A stretch of 64,000 nt of DNA from the NCBI GenBank assembly GCA_002633005.1, contig NMRA01000218.1, positions 329,113-393,112 of the forward strand, in the 5' to 3' direction. A model generated the notes under the pieces. The model saw nothing but the letters and a program-made list of their open reading frames with translations. It was not told where the DNA came from and made no database searches. A program made the position numbers and the translations under genes. This document shows positions 38,541 through 53,479 of this stretch, piece after piece. Origin of the DNA: Phoronis australis (Eukaryota; Animalia; Phoronida). How positions within the stretch are numbered: the stretch's first letter is position 1; every line of letters starts with the position of its first letter.

Positions 38541-41147
38541 TTAAAGCGCTGTTGGCGCTTATTTTAATTACTAAGCGCTTAAAAGAGCAGGTTCATTCTC
38601 AGTGCAGTCCTTCAGCGACGTCGCTATTGTAATTGTCTGTAGTACAGGTACTTGTTAGCAATGTTATCTCTCCTTGACACACGCATATACCTACACTGTC
38701 ATTTGGGCTTGTGTTCTCGATCGTTGCTTCTCTCGTACATACAGCAATGCCTTGGTAAAGTTTTCTTCTTAACACGTTGGTGGTGTTCAACTTGAGAAAA
38801 GGAGGCAAATTACTTTGCATTATAGCAGCATTCGTTCAACATTAACCAACAGACGGTGACTCCTAAGGTTTCCCTCCTAAGGTTTTCCTATTAATGTTAT
38901 AGAGAGGAGGTTGGGGAGTTTGACCAGGGCTCATTCTCATAAAGTGGGTGACGGAAATGCTGGGCGCCCGATAATGAAGTACATGTACAATCATCTTTGG
39001 TACAGTGACGCTGAGATAATTGCCTGTCTTCGCTCCGAAGAAAGTGATTAGTTCTAAAGCTTAATACCAACGGGTGTTTTGTGTTTTGTATAGTCTCATC
39101 AACTTTCAATTAACAGGCTATCTTAATAGAATTTTGAACGATAATCAAAACTCACAACTCACATGCGGTTTACGTGTACATGTCAAGCTTCCTTTATATC
39201 GCAGAAAAACGTACGCTGGGTGGCGGTAGGAACAGTCCGAGGCTGCGTTCCGTGAGACTTGTTCCTCTCGAGATATCGCCAGTTCACCATTCATCATGCA
39301 AGCAAAAGACGTGGCCTTAAGTGGCACTAAACAGTTAGGCTGCGGCCTCGGCCAATTTGCAGTGGCAAATATTAAAATCTAAGGGTAGGCCAGGCTTGGG
39401 TCATTTTCTAGTTGGGCGTAGTACGTAGGCCAAATGAATGTGGTTTGTTTGTTTTTGTGAACATGTTGAAAATGAAAAAAGACTACTTTCTCGGCAGTAG
39501 CTGCAATCTCTTTCAAGATGGTGGCCCTCTGTTGCATTGCTGGGTAGCAACTGAGAAATTGGCCGCGATTTCAGGGAGCCCTCAAATAAGCCAGTTGCTT
39601 GACAGTACAGCTTCACCACATTTTTGGAAGCGGTAGGAAATTTGCTTTCGTAATCTAATGTTTGCTTGAGTGGAGAATCGGCAGGGAAGTGGTGGTTTTG
39701 GGATGAAAAGTGCCGATTTTGCGTTTTTTAGTCCCTAGTTTTCTTAGTTTAGCTTGGTTTCCACTGGGAGTAAAGGGTCAAAACACAAGAGAGAATAAAT
39801 TTTCTGTGCTCATCTGTAGAGCTTGTGATGTGAAATGACTCAAAACTGTTCTTCATTTGCATACAGTTTTTGACAGAGTGAACAAAGGTTGAAGAGTCCA
39901 TTGACGTGTGTTCTGATAGGCAAAAACCTGTGAGAACTGTTCTGTGCCTCCTTACAGGCTTTCATCCTTGCCTGAACAGGTCACTGATTACGCAATGGTA
40001 TGCATTCAAGGTAGCGTTCCGTATCCTAAGTTTCTTGCGAAAAAAATAAGATCTCGCAAAACAAAGGCGGTCGTTTCGCGAATATGCTTAGGAACTTACT
40101 AGCATATTTTACAAAATGGGTCACCGATTTCGAAGTGATTGGTCGGTGAGGTTGGAATGTTGCATTATGGGGTTAAATCCACTGATTCTGTTCCGTATGC
40201 GAATAATTTTCGTCGCAAGCGCCAGCTCACGTCTTATGTGTACCTACATGTAGGAACCACTGAGTTAGAGGCCGTGTCCTTTGGCCTCAGCATGATAGAT
40301 TCCCCCATGCATGTAGTTTCAAATAGACTCATACTTCGTTAGCACTATATGAACCGTGTTAACAAAAAGTTTGTCATTAATTAAAGTGGATTTGTGGCGC
40401 TAATATTTCTTAACTAAGCATTGTTCATATCGGAAATGTCTTTTGGATCGCGTGACCCAGATGTTTCCACACAAATGTCAAATTCAACAGGATTTGATTT
40501 AATTAATTTGTAGTAACAGAAATGATTGATCTGTATGCTTTCAGTAACTGATCAAAACAAATTAGTCGCTTTGTTTAATTATCAGATTACGACAACAGAT
40601 TGCGGATAATGTTCAGTACGTTTATTTCCTGTTTCAAGCCCCTGCAGATACAAGCCTGTATAATTTTTATCCCTTTCACCACGTGTTATTGGCAACGGGC
40701 AACAGACATTTACTGTTAAATCCAAGTTCAGGGCTGTTTTGAATCGAAAACTGCTTTACCAGAAACGAGTTTCAGAGATTGCTAAATTAGTCGTTATAGA
40801 GTAATCCAAGTCGTTTCAGTCAACGTAAAAGAATTGCTCAAAGCGATCATAAACCTGTTGCTTTCGCTTGTGGAATCTTGACTGAATAGCAGTGCTTTTC
40901 AAATGACGTCACACAAGCCAGGGCCGTTTAATGAAGTACTAGTACATGTATTTAATAACTGATACTACTGCAAACTGAAGTAATTGCGTAAAGCGTGATT
41001 TATTTGACGGATATTTTTACGTTAATAGTAAAACATGAATAATTCGAAAGCTCTTACCAGTTGAAGATAACAATCGGTAAGTTTGCCTTGTCAGGCAAGT
41101 GCAGGTGTTTTGTAAAGGAGAAAAAGCTATTGCTGTTAGAGGAGATA

Positions 41148-41407
41148 CTTGCGCGCACCCAAGGGGGAGGGGGATTGTGGGTCTCGAACGAGCGCCCAAT
41201 TTCGCGAAGTGGACAAAAGATCCGCCTCAGAGAATCAAAAACTCCTAAAAAAGTCGGAAACGAGACAAAAGTCCACTGAAAAGGCTGGAACTACCAAAAT
41301 TGGGCGAATACACAATTCATAGTTCTGAACGTTCCCAGTGAATCTTAGCAAACGGTCCACATTCTCAAAAATTCGAGCACCCATTTTTCAGACGGGGTCC
41401 GCGCATG
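41148..41407 (+). mobile_element. CATGCGCG-terminal G-rich MITE with 5-bp TSD
   Basis: CTTGCGCGCAC...GTCCGCGCATG with TSD AGATA at 41143-41147 and 41408-41412. Confidence 0.9.
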
Positions 41408-41744
41408 AGATACTGCCACATACATGCGCAACCTGCTTGTGTTGCCAACAATTGCAATCATGGCAAAGGGCAAGAACGTCATAGCGTTGTTATGGAAGCA
41501 TAAATATTTACCGGAAGGCCGAGATGACGCAAACTCAAGATGATTTAGTTACACTGTGTCTATCAATTAAATTGTGCAATTAAGTTAATTTAGATCGCAT
41601 ATCATTACAAACCTGATTTCAACTTAATCTGTAGTCGGATAAGAAGTGTTACCTGTACTTGGCACGAACTGACATTTCTTTCATTGTGTGAAATCAAGCT
41701 CATCAAGATGGGTTGAAATGAAGCGCCAAAGGGTTCTTAAACGG

Positions 41745-41910
41745 GTACCTTTCTGCGCGTTGAGTACCTATCTGCGCGTTGAGTACCTATCTGCGCGTTG
41801 AAATGTGCTTAATCAACGCGTAGTTTGGCTAATTCAACGCGTAGTTTTGTTATTAAAAGATCATTGTTCTGCTCTTATTCAAAGCCCATTATTACTTAAT
41901 CAACGCGTAC
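41745..41910. repeat. 19-bp tandem repeat x3 followed by inverted TCAACGCG motifs
   Basis: TACCTATCTGCGCGTTGAG occurs three times, then TCAACGCGTA three times (reverse complement of the CGCGTTGA core). Confidence 0.75.
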
Positions 41911-44053
41911 TTTTAGTCAGTTCATACAATCTAATCACGTCCGTGCTCTCAAATCTCAAAATGGTCCCACTGATCCCTTACAGGTGTTGTGGTCCATCAG
42001 TGAGCCTCGTTCCTGTTTATTGGCTTTGTGTTCTGAATTATGCCAAAAGTCAGAAATCCTACAACAAATAAAAATATTGCTGTTTGTCTTGTGGGTTTCT
42101 GGAAACGTTTTGTCCATTCTAGCATACTATTGAATTCTGCCTTATCAATTGGACTGTTGTTCAAACAGGTTTTCTTATTTCCATCCTAGGCCTGATTTTT
42201 GTGAAACAGTCAATGTGCATGGAGAACAAATAGTAAACATACCTCTGTTTTGGCTCACCTTTCAAGAAACTGGACAATTGAACATAGTCTATGCAAATAC
42301 GCGTTCAGATGAATATTCTTGATAATTTAGTTAATAAGTTATGAAGTTCCTTCTACAATGAAGTAAGACAATTAGTCAAAAAGACTTTCGAAAAATCACT
42401 GATTTCCGTCCTACATGTATGTTTCTTCGTTATTTCAACCCTTTCTACGTTTGTGACGTAAAAAGGGATGTTCAGGACCTCTTTCAGTGGATCACATTAC
42501 AACATGTACAAAGATTACATATTTAAAAAAGATCATTGGGGTATCGGGGTACTTGAATTTGAAAGGTTTCGCAATTTTCTCAAATCAGCGTAATGTACTG
42601 AAAACGCCCTAAAATAGTCTCACGGGAGTATTTTTTTCAAGTCGAAATAGATGGAATTGGTAACTCAACGATGTTTAGAACCTTTCCACACCTTGACAAC
42701 TTATTTCGATTCCAAAACACGTCGTTTAGGTCATCAGCATGTGCAAGCAGTGTCAAAAAGTCGTCACTTTTGATGCATTTGGACATCCCGTGCAAAACTG
42801 GGCCGATCCAGGTCAATGGATGATCGCCATTTAATTTCTATTTAAAAGCAAAACATTGTCTTGGCAAGGGGAATTATAGATCGTAAAAGGAATGCACTTT
42901 CAATTTTAGAATGAATTTAACTTTCTGAAACCCTGAACCATTGCGAACCATCCATTTCGTGACTTGTTTCCAAATGATGTTTTGTCTCACTCCGCCCTCG
43001 TGCAGAACAGAATCCCAATGAATTTCCTACTGAACGCGTACATTACTGTTTACAATCTCTTTGAAATTAAGACAAAACCAGAGGCACACTTATTTTTAAT
43101 AGTGTATAACCTTGTATGTTTTGATTAGCTCAATGTAAACGTGTGTCGTGAATAATTAATATAACTGAGATTTTTATCAGAATAACTGCTTTGTAGTTTA
43201 TGCAAAATCACCACTCCGCAAATCACGGTTTATTGATAACTAACCTATATATTTGAAGACACCACTAATTTTCTTATCGATGAGTACGACTACTGTTTTG
43301 TTTTATTTATTTTGTCAGAAAGAGATAAGTCCCAGTGGAATGTTATGATCTGTTTTTTAGTTAAGGAAATGACTTAGATCTGTACAGTACAAAGACTTAG
43401 ATCTAACTAGAGCGATCATAAAGTATTGATATGCACGCAGTTGTGTCTCAAACACCGTGCATTGTTCCGTCGTGCTTTAGAGAATCTGCATGTATCAAAG
43501 CTCATATACCGAGCCATCTTTACCAAGGTTACACCTATTACGTTTTAGAGAGTTTTTACTAACGCGAGTCTGTGTCTCTACTTTTGTGCATTTTTTCCTT
43601 TGGACGCAGTGAAGTTTATTGTCACGTTTTAACACGAAGTCCAACAAAAACGAAAATGATTGCAATTCGTCATTGGAGAAAAATAGATTTTTGTGACATT
43701 TAATATTTCACAATTGTTTACTTGAAGCCGGAAGATATGGCGTCATATCTAACCTAATTATTATGAGCAACAGTATTTTATTCATATCTTTATTAATAAA
43801 TCTATAGGTGTGAGTTCGACGACATCTACTAATTCTTCTAATTAGATTGATGTTTTCGAGCACAAAAGGCCAAAATTTGAATTATATGCAGAGTGATTTA
43901 TCGTTTTATTAAACGAAACTGTAGACAAACGAGCTTCCCTGAAATTAATTCATTAGAACCCTAAACCATAAATACATAAAATTCAAGGTACACATTGGAA
44001 AGTGTTACTGTCATAACCTTGTCAAGATCAGCATGTGTCATCGTACATGTAAC

Positions 44054-44203
44054 CAGGGGCAGATCCAGAATTTTGAGTTAGGGGGTCGAGGGCAGTCTAT
44101 TACCCAGGATTTTGTCCGTGCGACACTCGCACCCCCAAACTGCAAGATGGAATGTGGGAACTTAAGGGAGTTCATGACCCCTTGCCCCCCAAATCTGCCA
44201 CTG
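44054..44203. mobile_element. CAGGGGCAGAT / ATCTGCCACTG MITE with 5-bp TSD
   Basis: TIRs as named, flanks GTAAC and GTAGC. Confidence 0.8.
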
Positions 44204-46736
44204 GTAGCAGTGATAATTTACACCCTACTCGTGAATTTTTCGAAAGAGAACGTGTCCACGGGCATAAATTTGCGCCGCGTAAGTAGTTCGGGAAAGTGTG
44301 CGCCAGGGGGCTCCACGATCCGTAGACTAACTTGAGACCATGAGCAAGTTACCAATTACATCAACAATCCACTGACAATTACGTCATAACAGTATTTCTT
44401 ATAATTGTTTAATTTCTAAACCCTTTCCACGGATTGTGCAGAGACGCTAGGTGAGTTTCAACTTGATTTTCGAGACGCCCTTCTTTATGCTAGTTCTCAG
44501 CAGAGACTGGACGACGATCTATTGTGACACATGATTGGTCATAAAATGACGTCAAGTAACTTTAGCGAAGAAGACTGGTCCTCCCAACAAGGGCAAAGTT
44601 TTGCCCTCTCTGCACAGTACGTGTAGTTTGTTTTTCATTCCTTGATAGTGTTGGCGCGACAAGTGCATCACCTTTCTAAGCTCTTTTTCCGCGTATAATA
44701 CTGCGGTGGTTTTACGTCGTCGTAAATGTAGCCTGAATGCATGAGCAGAACTAATGCAACCTAACACTGCACACTATACGCTAATCATTATTTTGATACG
44801 CCTACGCTCACACGCACACGCATGTATTTCCGTCCCATAGTCTAGCGGCTCCGTGTAGCCCGAACCTACAGTTGAAGTCCCTATTTGGAAAGAAAAACGG
44901 AAGAAAAAGCGCTGTCAGTAAAAACTCCATGACGTTTCATTTTATTTCAACAATCGTCATCAGATGGTAAACCTCACAACTTTATCACTGGACACCCATG
45001 CAAAAACTGAGTAAGATCTTCGATTTTCTACCACAGTTGTAGGTTTAATGAAGATACCTCCTGATTCAGCGAAGTGTAAGATGGCCATCTTCCTGAATGG
45101 CAGTTGACTTCTTTATAGATAATGCTCTCTTGCTATTAACGTATTAGAGTTGGCTTCATGCTGATTATGATTGGCAGTGGCTATATTTATCACATGAAGG
45201 GTGCCCAGGTAGCCTCTCACCCAACAAGTTTTAGTTATTTTTTTATAAAATTCACGGTAGTTTTCTCAATTAACTCTATAAATAAAAGTACTGCAAAATA
45301 ATTGTATGGTATTCTAGACATGGATAGTATGATTCATCCAGGTGATAACTATAGATGATCAATTACAAATGTTTTCTTCTGTACTCACCTAACGATGACT
45401 TGACGTTGCGACTGACATCATCGTTCGAACACAAGTGGAACAATACGATTTTGAAACCAATATCGTGATACTTTTGGATGCAGAGAGCAGATCGATCGAT
45501 GTCGAGAGGAGTGGGGGTATAAAAGAGGTCATCCAGGTTGTTATACTGTATGTTTGGTTCATTAGTGCGCATGCACTCTAACTAACACCACCTTGTGTGA
45601 TTTGTTGTTATTTGTAATTACATCTCCTGTTATTCGTGTTTCCGGTAATCCGAGATGGCTTTACAACAGAATGTCGTTTTCTGTTTTTCTTATCGTTCAC
45701 AATCGTATTATCCAACATGGGTGAACATAGTTAATCCTTCTCTTAATTAATAGAGTGGCGTTTAAGCTTTAAGCTTTCCAAGACTTGGTCCATAGCTCCA
45801 GTGACCTATTCCCCCAGAGGTCAGAGATCACAGACAGCACTGATTGGCCAGCAAGTTCACCTTAAGAAGAGCACTCTTGAGAAAGGTCGTAGAGTCAGAT
45901 GAAACGTCGAGTCATCACCTGGCGGTATTAAGGCCGGAACAACAGATTAAAATTTATCGTCAATGGGATTTTAGATTTCACTTGACTAAAAGTGTTCGAC
46001 AGTTAACATACACTTTTGAAAAGTCTAATGTTAAGATTTACTAATCAAGTTAGTTGACGTTTACATTTTGCCTGGTAATATCAACACAAGTTAGTGGAAA
46101 TTAGACTTTTCTCATTTTAGCACTCTACTCAACGTTTGTAACGTTCGGGGAAACTCTGTGTCTAACCACAAGCTCTGGCGAGATTAAAAAGAATTTGCGT
46201 ATGCGTGCGTCCACTGCTCATCAAATAATTCACTAATTCCCCTTTACACTGTAAGTGTATCAAGCTATCAAATTTCACGTAAAGACCTCAGTGAATGAGG
46301 GTTTACGATAAAGTGAATGAATCGTTGCACAAGAACACCCGAAAATGGTAAACTGTAATTATTTTCGATTTCCTTAGTCAATTTCATAGACGGACGTCTG
46401 GAGTGCATGAATAAAAATTGGTCTACTTGATCTGCAGACGGGAAAATCTAAATGGTGTCGTCTACTGTCTACGACATCACTCGTTTTAAAATCTCAGGAG
46501 TAACTGTCAAGAGCAACTACCTTTACGTGGCTCATAGGTACGTTTGCTAAAATTGGTCATGCTCTAGGGAAAAATCCGTGGACAAGTTGTACCATTATTG
46601 TTCAGAAGTATAGAACTGATTTTGAAACGTACGATGAATGTTATACAGCCAAACCCAAAAAAGACTGGAAGAGCGGCGTCTGGGCATCATGCATGCAATA
46701 AGTCCACGTGAGGCCAACTTCATTAGGGTATTAACA

Positions 46737-47265
46737 CATAGGCGGATTTAGGGGGGGGCCCAGGGGGCCCGGCCCCCCCCCCCCCCCCTTAGCTGCCGCA
46801 AAAAAAAATAAAACAGTAAGAGCGTAGGGNATGTGTGCAGTTTTAGTGTTTGGGGGGGGCTCAGATCCAATTTCAAGTGTCAAATTCGGAACACGGCGCA
46901 TTCGTAACGGAACTATGGCTAAGTGAAGGCTCTCCCGCGATATCCCAGGCGACCGGCAGTGGCGCTGCGCACTAAGACTCCGTTTCCGTCGTCTGCTCCA
47001 CTGTGCAATGGATAAAATTACTTCATTTTTTAGAGAAAATGGAACCTGAGTGACGATGAAAAAACAGAAGCTGCGGGTAAGATGTGAAATTTAACCGAAG
47101 CCTATGTGAATCACTCAGAAACTCATTAATTCTCTCTTTGTCAAACCCCCCTCCCGACCTCCCCCCATTCGGTGCTGTGCGCACCTACAATCGTGGTTTG
47201 CGCAAATGCTTACAGCCGGAAAAAATGTTGGGCCCCCCCCTTGTGATATCCTAGATCCGCCACTG
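46737..47265 (+). mobile_element. G-rich MITE CATAGGCGGAT / ATCCGCCACTG with perfect 5-bp TSD
   Basis: TSD TAACA at 46732-46736 and 47266-47270. Poly-G/C subterminal tracts and an internal N at 46830. Confidence 0.88.
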
Positions 47266-47366
47266 TAACAGCAAAGAGTGACAAAGAAAAAAGTTATATA
47301 TGAAGAACTCAACCGACATTCAGAAAACCAGACTTCATGGCCTCGCTGAATTGTTGTGCGTTAAAT

Positions 47367-47756
47367 TGGAATTCTGCTTAATCTCAAGATCGCGTATGTG
47401 TGAACTTGGAACTGAATATTCATTTGGGGGAATCAGGTGAAATTTCTTGTTAAATGTAAAGCATTTTTGTAAGTATTGGCCTCATGGACACCCGGTTTCG
47501 CCTACAGCTTAACTTGTGTCAAAGAATCGTAGGAATATGTGAATGGTTAAATCAATTATTGTTTGGTGAATAAGATCACCAATAGTTGAAAAAAAAAATC
47601 AATCGGTTAAACTTTAAGTTTTTATCAACATGTAATTTGGTTTAGTGTAGCGCAAATTTTTATCAACGTGGGCTTGGCTATTTGAATGAATTTGTCAAGT
47701 TCACTCGTGTATTCCACGTTCACGCATACGCGATCTTAAGATTAAGCAAGATTCCA
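47367..47756. repeat. ~45-bp inverted repeat pair (probable MITE)
   Basis: TGGAATTCTGCTTAATCTCAAGATCGCGTATGTGTGAACTTGGAA pairs with TTCCACGTTCACGCATACGCGATCTTAAGATTAAGCAAGATTCCA. Confidence 0.8.
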
Positions 47757-48999
47757 AGATCACACCCAACAGAATCAGGAAGGATCTTTATTCAGCCTAT
47801 ACAACCAGTTGTTACTCATTTCTATCTTGGTTGTCTTGTGAAAGAGTTATGTCTCTTACCACCTGATAATCCTTTCTTAAATAAAGCGAAACGTTATGTA
47901 ATTTTTATTGATAGCGCTTGATCTTCGACTTTTCATTAAAGCAGAATAGAACGTGAAAAAGACTAAATTGGAGTATTCCAAAATGGCTCTCTGCCACTAA
48001 CGCAGAGGTTAAACTGTTCACCAGGTACTTCAAGGCCGTTCGTAAAGACTTTAAATTTCTGTTGAAGTCAAAGCATTTTTTCCTTAGTTTCAAATTTCAA
48101 AAAACACGATCTGACAAGTGCCCGTCACTTCGTCTACTTTTTCACCCACACGGCAAAACGTGGCTCTCCTTATTTGGTACGGCAAGACATAGACCTCGCG
48201 CTTTTTACTTACTGTATATGAAAAATGTGACCTTTGACATTTTAGGTAAACAGACATGTCTATTCCAAAAAGCAGCCAGTCCGATTTCTTTGAGCCCATG
48301 CACACGTATACATATTTATAAATATATATAAATATATTTCATAGGGGGCGGAGGATTTAAAAACTGCGTTGGAACGAAAGTGTTTTTATTACTGCTGTGT
48401 TTCAAAAATAGTGAATCTCACGATTTTGTTGTAAATATTCTTGCAATATTAAACGTGAACAACACTCACATTAGGATCCCTAAGATGCAGATTCGCCATG
48501 ATCTGTTTAAAAGGTAATTTTAACGAGTTTTTGGGTTCCATGCCTCTGTAACAGATAGCCAAAGACTGATGTTATTTGAAGTCATGTGAGTGAATTATAG
48601 CGATTAGCGTCGTTACTTTCACATTAGAATGCACCAAGTGTTTGTCTTATTGATATTATCATTCTAAACATCATGAATTACTCTGGGTAGCCTATATGCT
48701 TATTATCCGAAGATATTTCTGTAGGATAAGGTTTTCATCAATTCTGGGCATGTACTGATACTGAGCAACACTCAGACACGCCGAGCATACAGTAGGAATG
48801 TCGTTGCAAGTACCTGGGAACTTTACTTGACGACTTAAGGAGGTTTGGAACGCAAGAATTCGTAAAAGGCATATCGCCGCCAATCTACTTATTAGGTATG
48901 CTAACGTGAGAACTACTCACGTTAAAAAATGCGAGAATTTCTTGGAAAAATTGTCAAATTTTTGAAACACAGAAGAACTCTTTCATCCCAATACAATTC

Positions 49000-49046
49000 T
49001 GTGTGTGCGTGTCTGTGTGTTTGTGTGTGTGTGTGCGCGCGCGCGT
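49000..49046. repeat. (GT)n(GC)n microsatellite
   Basis: TGTGTGTGCGTGTCTGTGTGTTTGTGTGTGTGTGTGCGCGCGCGCGT. Confidence 0.85.
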
Positions 49047-49071
49047 TTGTTTTATAATTTACGTTATGGAT

Positions 49072-49436
49072 TATTATATCGAGATACGTGATATGGAAGC
49101 CGATTTAGACGAAGGCGAAGCGCGAACTATTTCTAAGACGCGCATTTACACGAGTCTTCTGAGGGCTAAGCGGCATAATCTGTTTATACAAGATTGTAGT
49201 TGCGGAATTGCGAAGAAATTTAAACTCATGAAGTGTATGTTTATCGCATGTAAAATAACAGTTATTATAAACTAATTAACATACGGAACAAATTTAACAT
49301 CAAATAACGAATTAATTGCCAAATAGCCTTCTGCTACTTGTACTGCTGCAGTACTGGAACGGCAGTAGGTTGGGAAGACGCTCAGAAAAAGACGTTGTGT
49401 AAAAAGAGCATGGATATCTCTAATCTCGATATAACA
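49072..49436. mobile_element. Degenerate MITE with ~23-bp TIRs
   Basis: TATTATATCGAGATACGTGATAT pairs with ATATCTCTAATCTCGATATAACA. Internal CGAAGGCGAAGCGCG motif. Confidence 0.5.
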
Positions 49437-49449
49437 ACCCACAGTTATC

Positions 49450-49670
49450 ATCACACGCACCCAGGGTGGGGGGGGGGTTTGAACGAACCTAACCCCTCAT
49501 TTGGCAAAGTGGGGAAAAAGGTCCGCCTCAGAGACAAAAACGCAGAAGGCAGGAACTACCAAAATTCCGTGATGCACGGTTCATAGCTCTGAACGTACCC
49601 GCGAATCTTGGTAAAAGGTCCACATTCCCAAAGTTCGAGCCTCCCAATTTTTAGGCTGGGTTGGTGCATG
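49450..49670 (+). mobile_element. CATGCGCG-family MITE with decayed left end
   Basis: Internal sequence and right end TTTTAGGCTGGGTTGGTGCATG match the family. The TSD is not resolvable. Confidence 0.85.
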
Positions 49671-52600
49671 CACAGAACTCCTATTAACTGCTTTCTCCCA
49701 AATTTGATTTTGTTACACTCCCATTACAAAGAAAAAGCCATCTCTTAAAAATGTCGGACGCATGAGTTTAAGTTTTAATGGTAGCCGATGGTTAAATCTA
49801 CACTAGCAATGTAAACCTATAGTGAGCTCAATACAAATTAAATTGTAAGATTCCACCAACCTTTTTGCACAAAAGGTAAATTAGAGTTTACTTTACAAAA
49901 ATCAGCAATACATACAGAACCAAAATGACGTTTAAATAAGTGCGAAAGTAGACATGCATACCTGTTACCAAGGCGAATTAGTACAATAAAGGCGTTTCTC
50001 TTTAAACGAGAATTTGACAAGCATGATAATAAAAATAGGAAGCTGTATGGACGAAGGATTCCATTGGCTTTCACACCTAATAACTCAGGTGTAATCTATT
50101 TCTGTAAATCAAAGATTCTTAAAATTTTGTTGATTTGGTATAACCTGAATAATTATGTGACCTTTTGTTCATTGACACCTAATCGTACATTAAAGTAAAT
50201 TTTATTTTTCTTTTAAATTTATCACAATCACCGAACCCGTTACTACATGTACATATACTTTTTATGCGTCAACAAAATATTACTGCATCATAGTAGTTTA
50301 TTTAGAACCTCACCGATGACTACAGTAAGTTACTGGTTGAACATACAGTGTACCTTTCAGTTCAGCAAAAGTCGCCGTGTTGTCGGTGCCGGCGGAAATC
50401 CGATAGTGTCCGACGTGAATCGTGAGCACTTTAACCGCTTTTAAACTCGTAACCTAAGCCACTGTCGTTCAAGATAGCCGATCCGATCAAAATAGTGTGA
50501 ACAGTTGACATAAAAATAACAGTAACTTTTGAATAGACCCTGTGATTTTTAATTTTTTTTCCTTGTAGTAATGCAGCTCATCTGTACTTTTTGTCTTTCA
50601 AAGCGAATACTAATTTTCAGCTCGCCCGCTTCAAATAGTCTCTAAACCTTAAGGATATCTTATAAACGAGTGCTAAAATATCTTTGAATATTACAGAAAT
50701 CATACAATTTCACTTGAATTATTTACCTCAGCTTTAAAACTGTTTCTATGGACGTTAACCGTTTCCGGTACTGGCAACATGTCATCATTCGTACCTGTAT
50801 AACCTCTGATCCACGCTCAGTTGTGAACGCTCAATAGGTGAAATGTTACATGGATACATGTATGTCAGACAGCATCATGGTCCTCGATAATTCTTTCTGT
50901 TTGAAATATTTTAAAAGAAATGAAGTTACACAAAATATTCGTTTAAGTGAGCGAAATACGCATTTTTTAACGAAAAACGAAAAAGCCCATTCGGGTGGTT
51001 TCGTGAACTTGTGCTTGCATCCAAGACAAACCCATAAACACATGCCCAAAGACTTGCAAACTGGACTGTGGAAGCTGTTTAGTCACACACATTCTCAATA
51101 CAACAAATTGTGCCCCCAGACTCCGATAATCTCTGACGCTTGGTGGATACAAGGAAATTATCTGTCCTTGGTATGAATTCCTAATCCCATTATATCTTTT
51201 TTCTCATTGAATAAGATCTATCTGTATTGTTTGAACTTGTTATTTTCGAAATGCAAAAAACGTGTAATTTTCTTCGTAAAACGTTGAAGGCCTGTTGGTA
51301 AGAATAAGAGGCCAATAAGTGCAAAGGTGGTGCTTTTTTGATCAAATACACAAACCTTAAAATGAATCCGAAATATGACCCCTAGAGTGTTTTTGATTTT
51401 CTCGTGGACTGGCTCTTAGTTTTACGATGCCATTTTATACCCAGTCACTACTGATTTAATAACAACCAATGGCAGAATAAATAAGTCGCCAAGTCTCTGC
51501 TTAAAACTGCATGTACCCTGACACGTGCTCAGGGTTTCCAATCCAAACACCCTCGCTCACCTAAAGTTTACTGTACACTCATATTTAGGTCATAAATGCC
51601 TGGAAGAAAATCGTTTTCTAGCGTATTTTTGTCGTAAGAGAATCGATAGCTGTCTGAAGGCCTTTTTAGCACACCCATGCGTAAAACAACGCACGTCCTT
51701 TGATACTCATTAGGTCTAAATAGTCGCAACATGAACTTAAAATGTCAATATTTGCTTGCACTAGTTTTTATGTTCCAACTAAAAACAGAAAGCTTGGCCT
51801 CAGAAATTGCCGCTTATAACACTAATCGATCGTGGTGAAGGAGCTTTTATGTTCAGACAAGGGAAATATATAACAGTCCATTACCTGGGTGAGGAAACGG
51901 AATTCTACCAGGAAACTGGGAATGAAAATGGGGGTAATCCAGGAAAGCACTTAAAAACTGATGAGCTGATCTCTTTTGCTTTACCCACACGATTCACACA
52001 AGGACGTTAATACAAGACTTTTTGAAGTCTTGCTTTGTATTTTCTTCATCTTAAATCCGCCACCGTTACCGAACTTTCGTACACCTAACTAATTCAAGAA
52101 GGTGTACTTGATCAGTGGTAAATGTGCGCCCCGGACTTAAGACCTGCAATGCATCGTGGTGGGTCATCTCACAGTAAAATTGGGTCATGTCACAGTAAAA
52201 TGGGGTTGACTACTAATGATGCAGAGATGCTAGCTACTTGAGACCCCAGGAACCCTCTCATTCTGTGAGTACGGACACGGAAAATGTGGTTTGGCTGTGT
52301 ACGAGGTGGCTCATTAGAAAGAACAAGAGAAGAGTCTTGACTAGTGTGTTGAAGACTGTCAACGAATGATGAGAACAACTCTCAATGCGGAGAAACAACT
52401 ACTAATCAACTCATACTATTGAAGCTACTGATAATACTGAAGCTACTACTTAAAATATAAGTGAAAGTGATAGAGACCAGAGAAACACGAATTAACCAAT
52501 CAAATAAGATGAACAAATAAAGGATGCACTATGCTGACAAATGAACAGCTAGGAAGAGGAAGTATTACTCATCTTCTGCATGCGGAGAAAGTGGTAGTAA

Positions 52601-53479
52601 ACAACAACAGTAAGTGATGTAATACGATGACTAAATTAAATGATGCAAAAACACAATAACACATTATGCCACACCATCTCAGTAAATTCTAGCTTGGGAT
52701 TTGAGTCGCAGATGTTCTCTAGCTTTAGAAAAGCAAGAATTTTATTAGTACAATAGCCTGGTTCAATTAATTACTATCTCTTTGAAGTATCCCATCAGAT
52801 GTTCTAACTTACTCCGGGAAACCGATGTTGCCGGCTCTGAGCTACAATCTACAAACGAACGACTTGAACACTATACTCTGTGGTTCAATGTTGCTGGTAA
52901 CACCATACATCAACTATATGGTGTCACAATAGTAGCAGAGTGTACAAAATGGCCTCCGACCAAGAGAACGGTTTCCCATACCCAGCTAATCTCGACCCGG
53001 ACTTATCACGTATCGCTTGAGGCTGATGTGAATCTTGGAAGGGACACCATTTGGTCAGATTATTGACCATACGGGTTTTCTGCTACGATTTGATTTGTGT
53101 GACTACACGAGGATTCCAAATTTTCTCTTATTTCCTTCATTTTCGGTAGATATTTCGGATGCCATTGTCATGTTACCATGTTTATCATCTGACTTATTGG
53201 CTCAAGTTTACGCCAGTCAAGAGCGTTATGTTCAACCGATGTAAACGAACCCCGGGTTGACCTCATTATTGACTGACCAATCGAGAACTGGGCATTAGCG
53301 TTATACGCCAGACGCAAATGCTAATGATATCAATGCAACTGAGGTTTGAGGATAACGCTGCATGTGTTCAGACCAAATTCAAACCGGTGGTAACTTCTCT
53401 AAAGTAGTGACTATTATAATGTATAATCGTTACACTGACAGTTGAAACTCTTGTAACGTTAGGCCGTAGTGTTATTGCT

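Noticed and set aside
39401-39763. Exon-like minus-strand stretch with a good acceptor
   Set aside because: In-frame stops lie between the acceptor and the longest frame, there is no clear donor, and no protein is recognisable.
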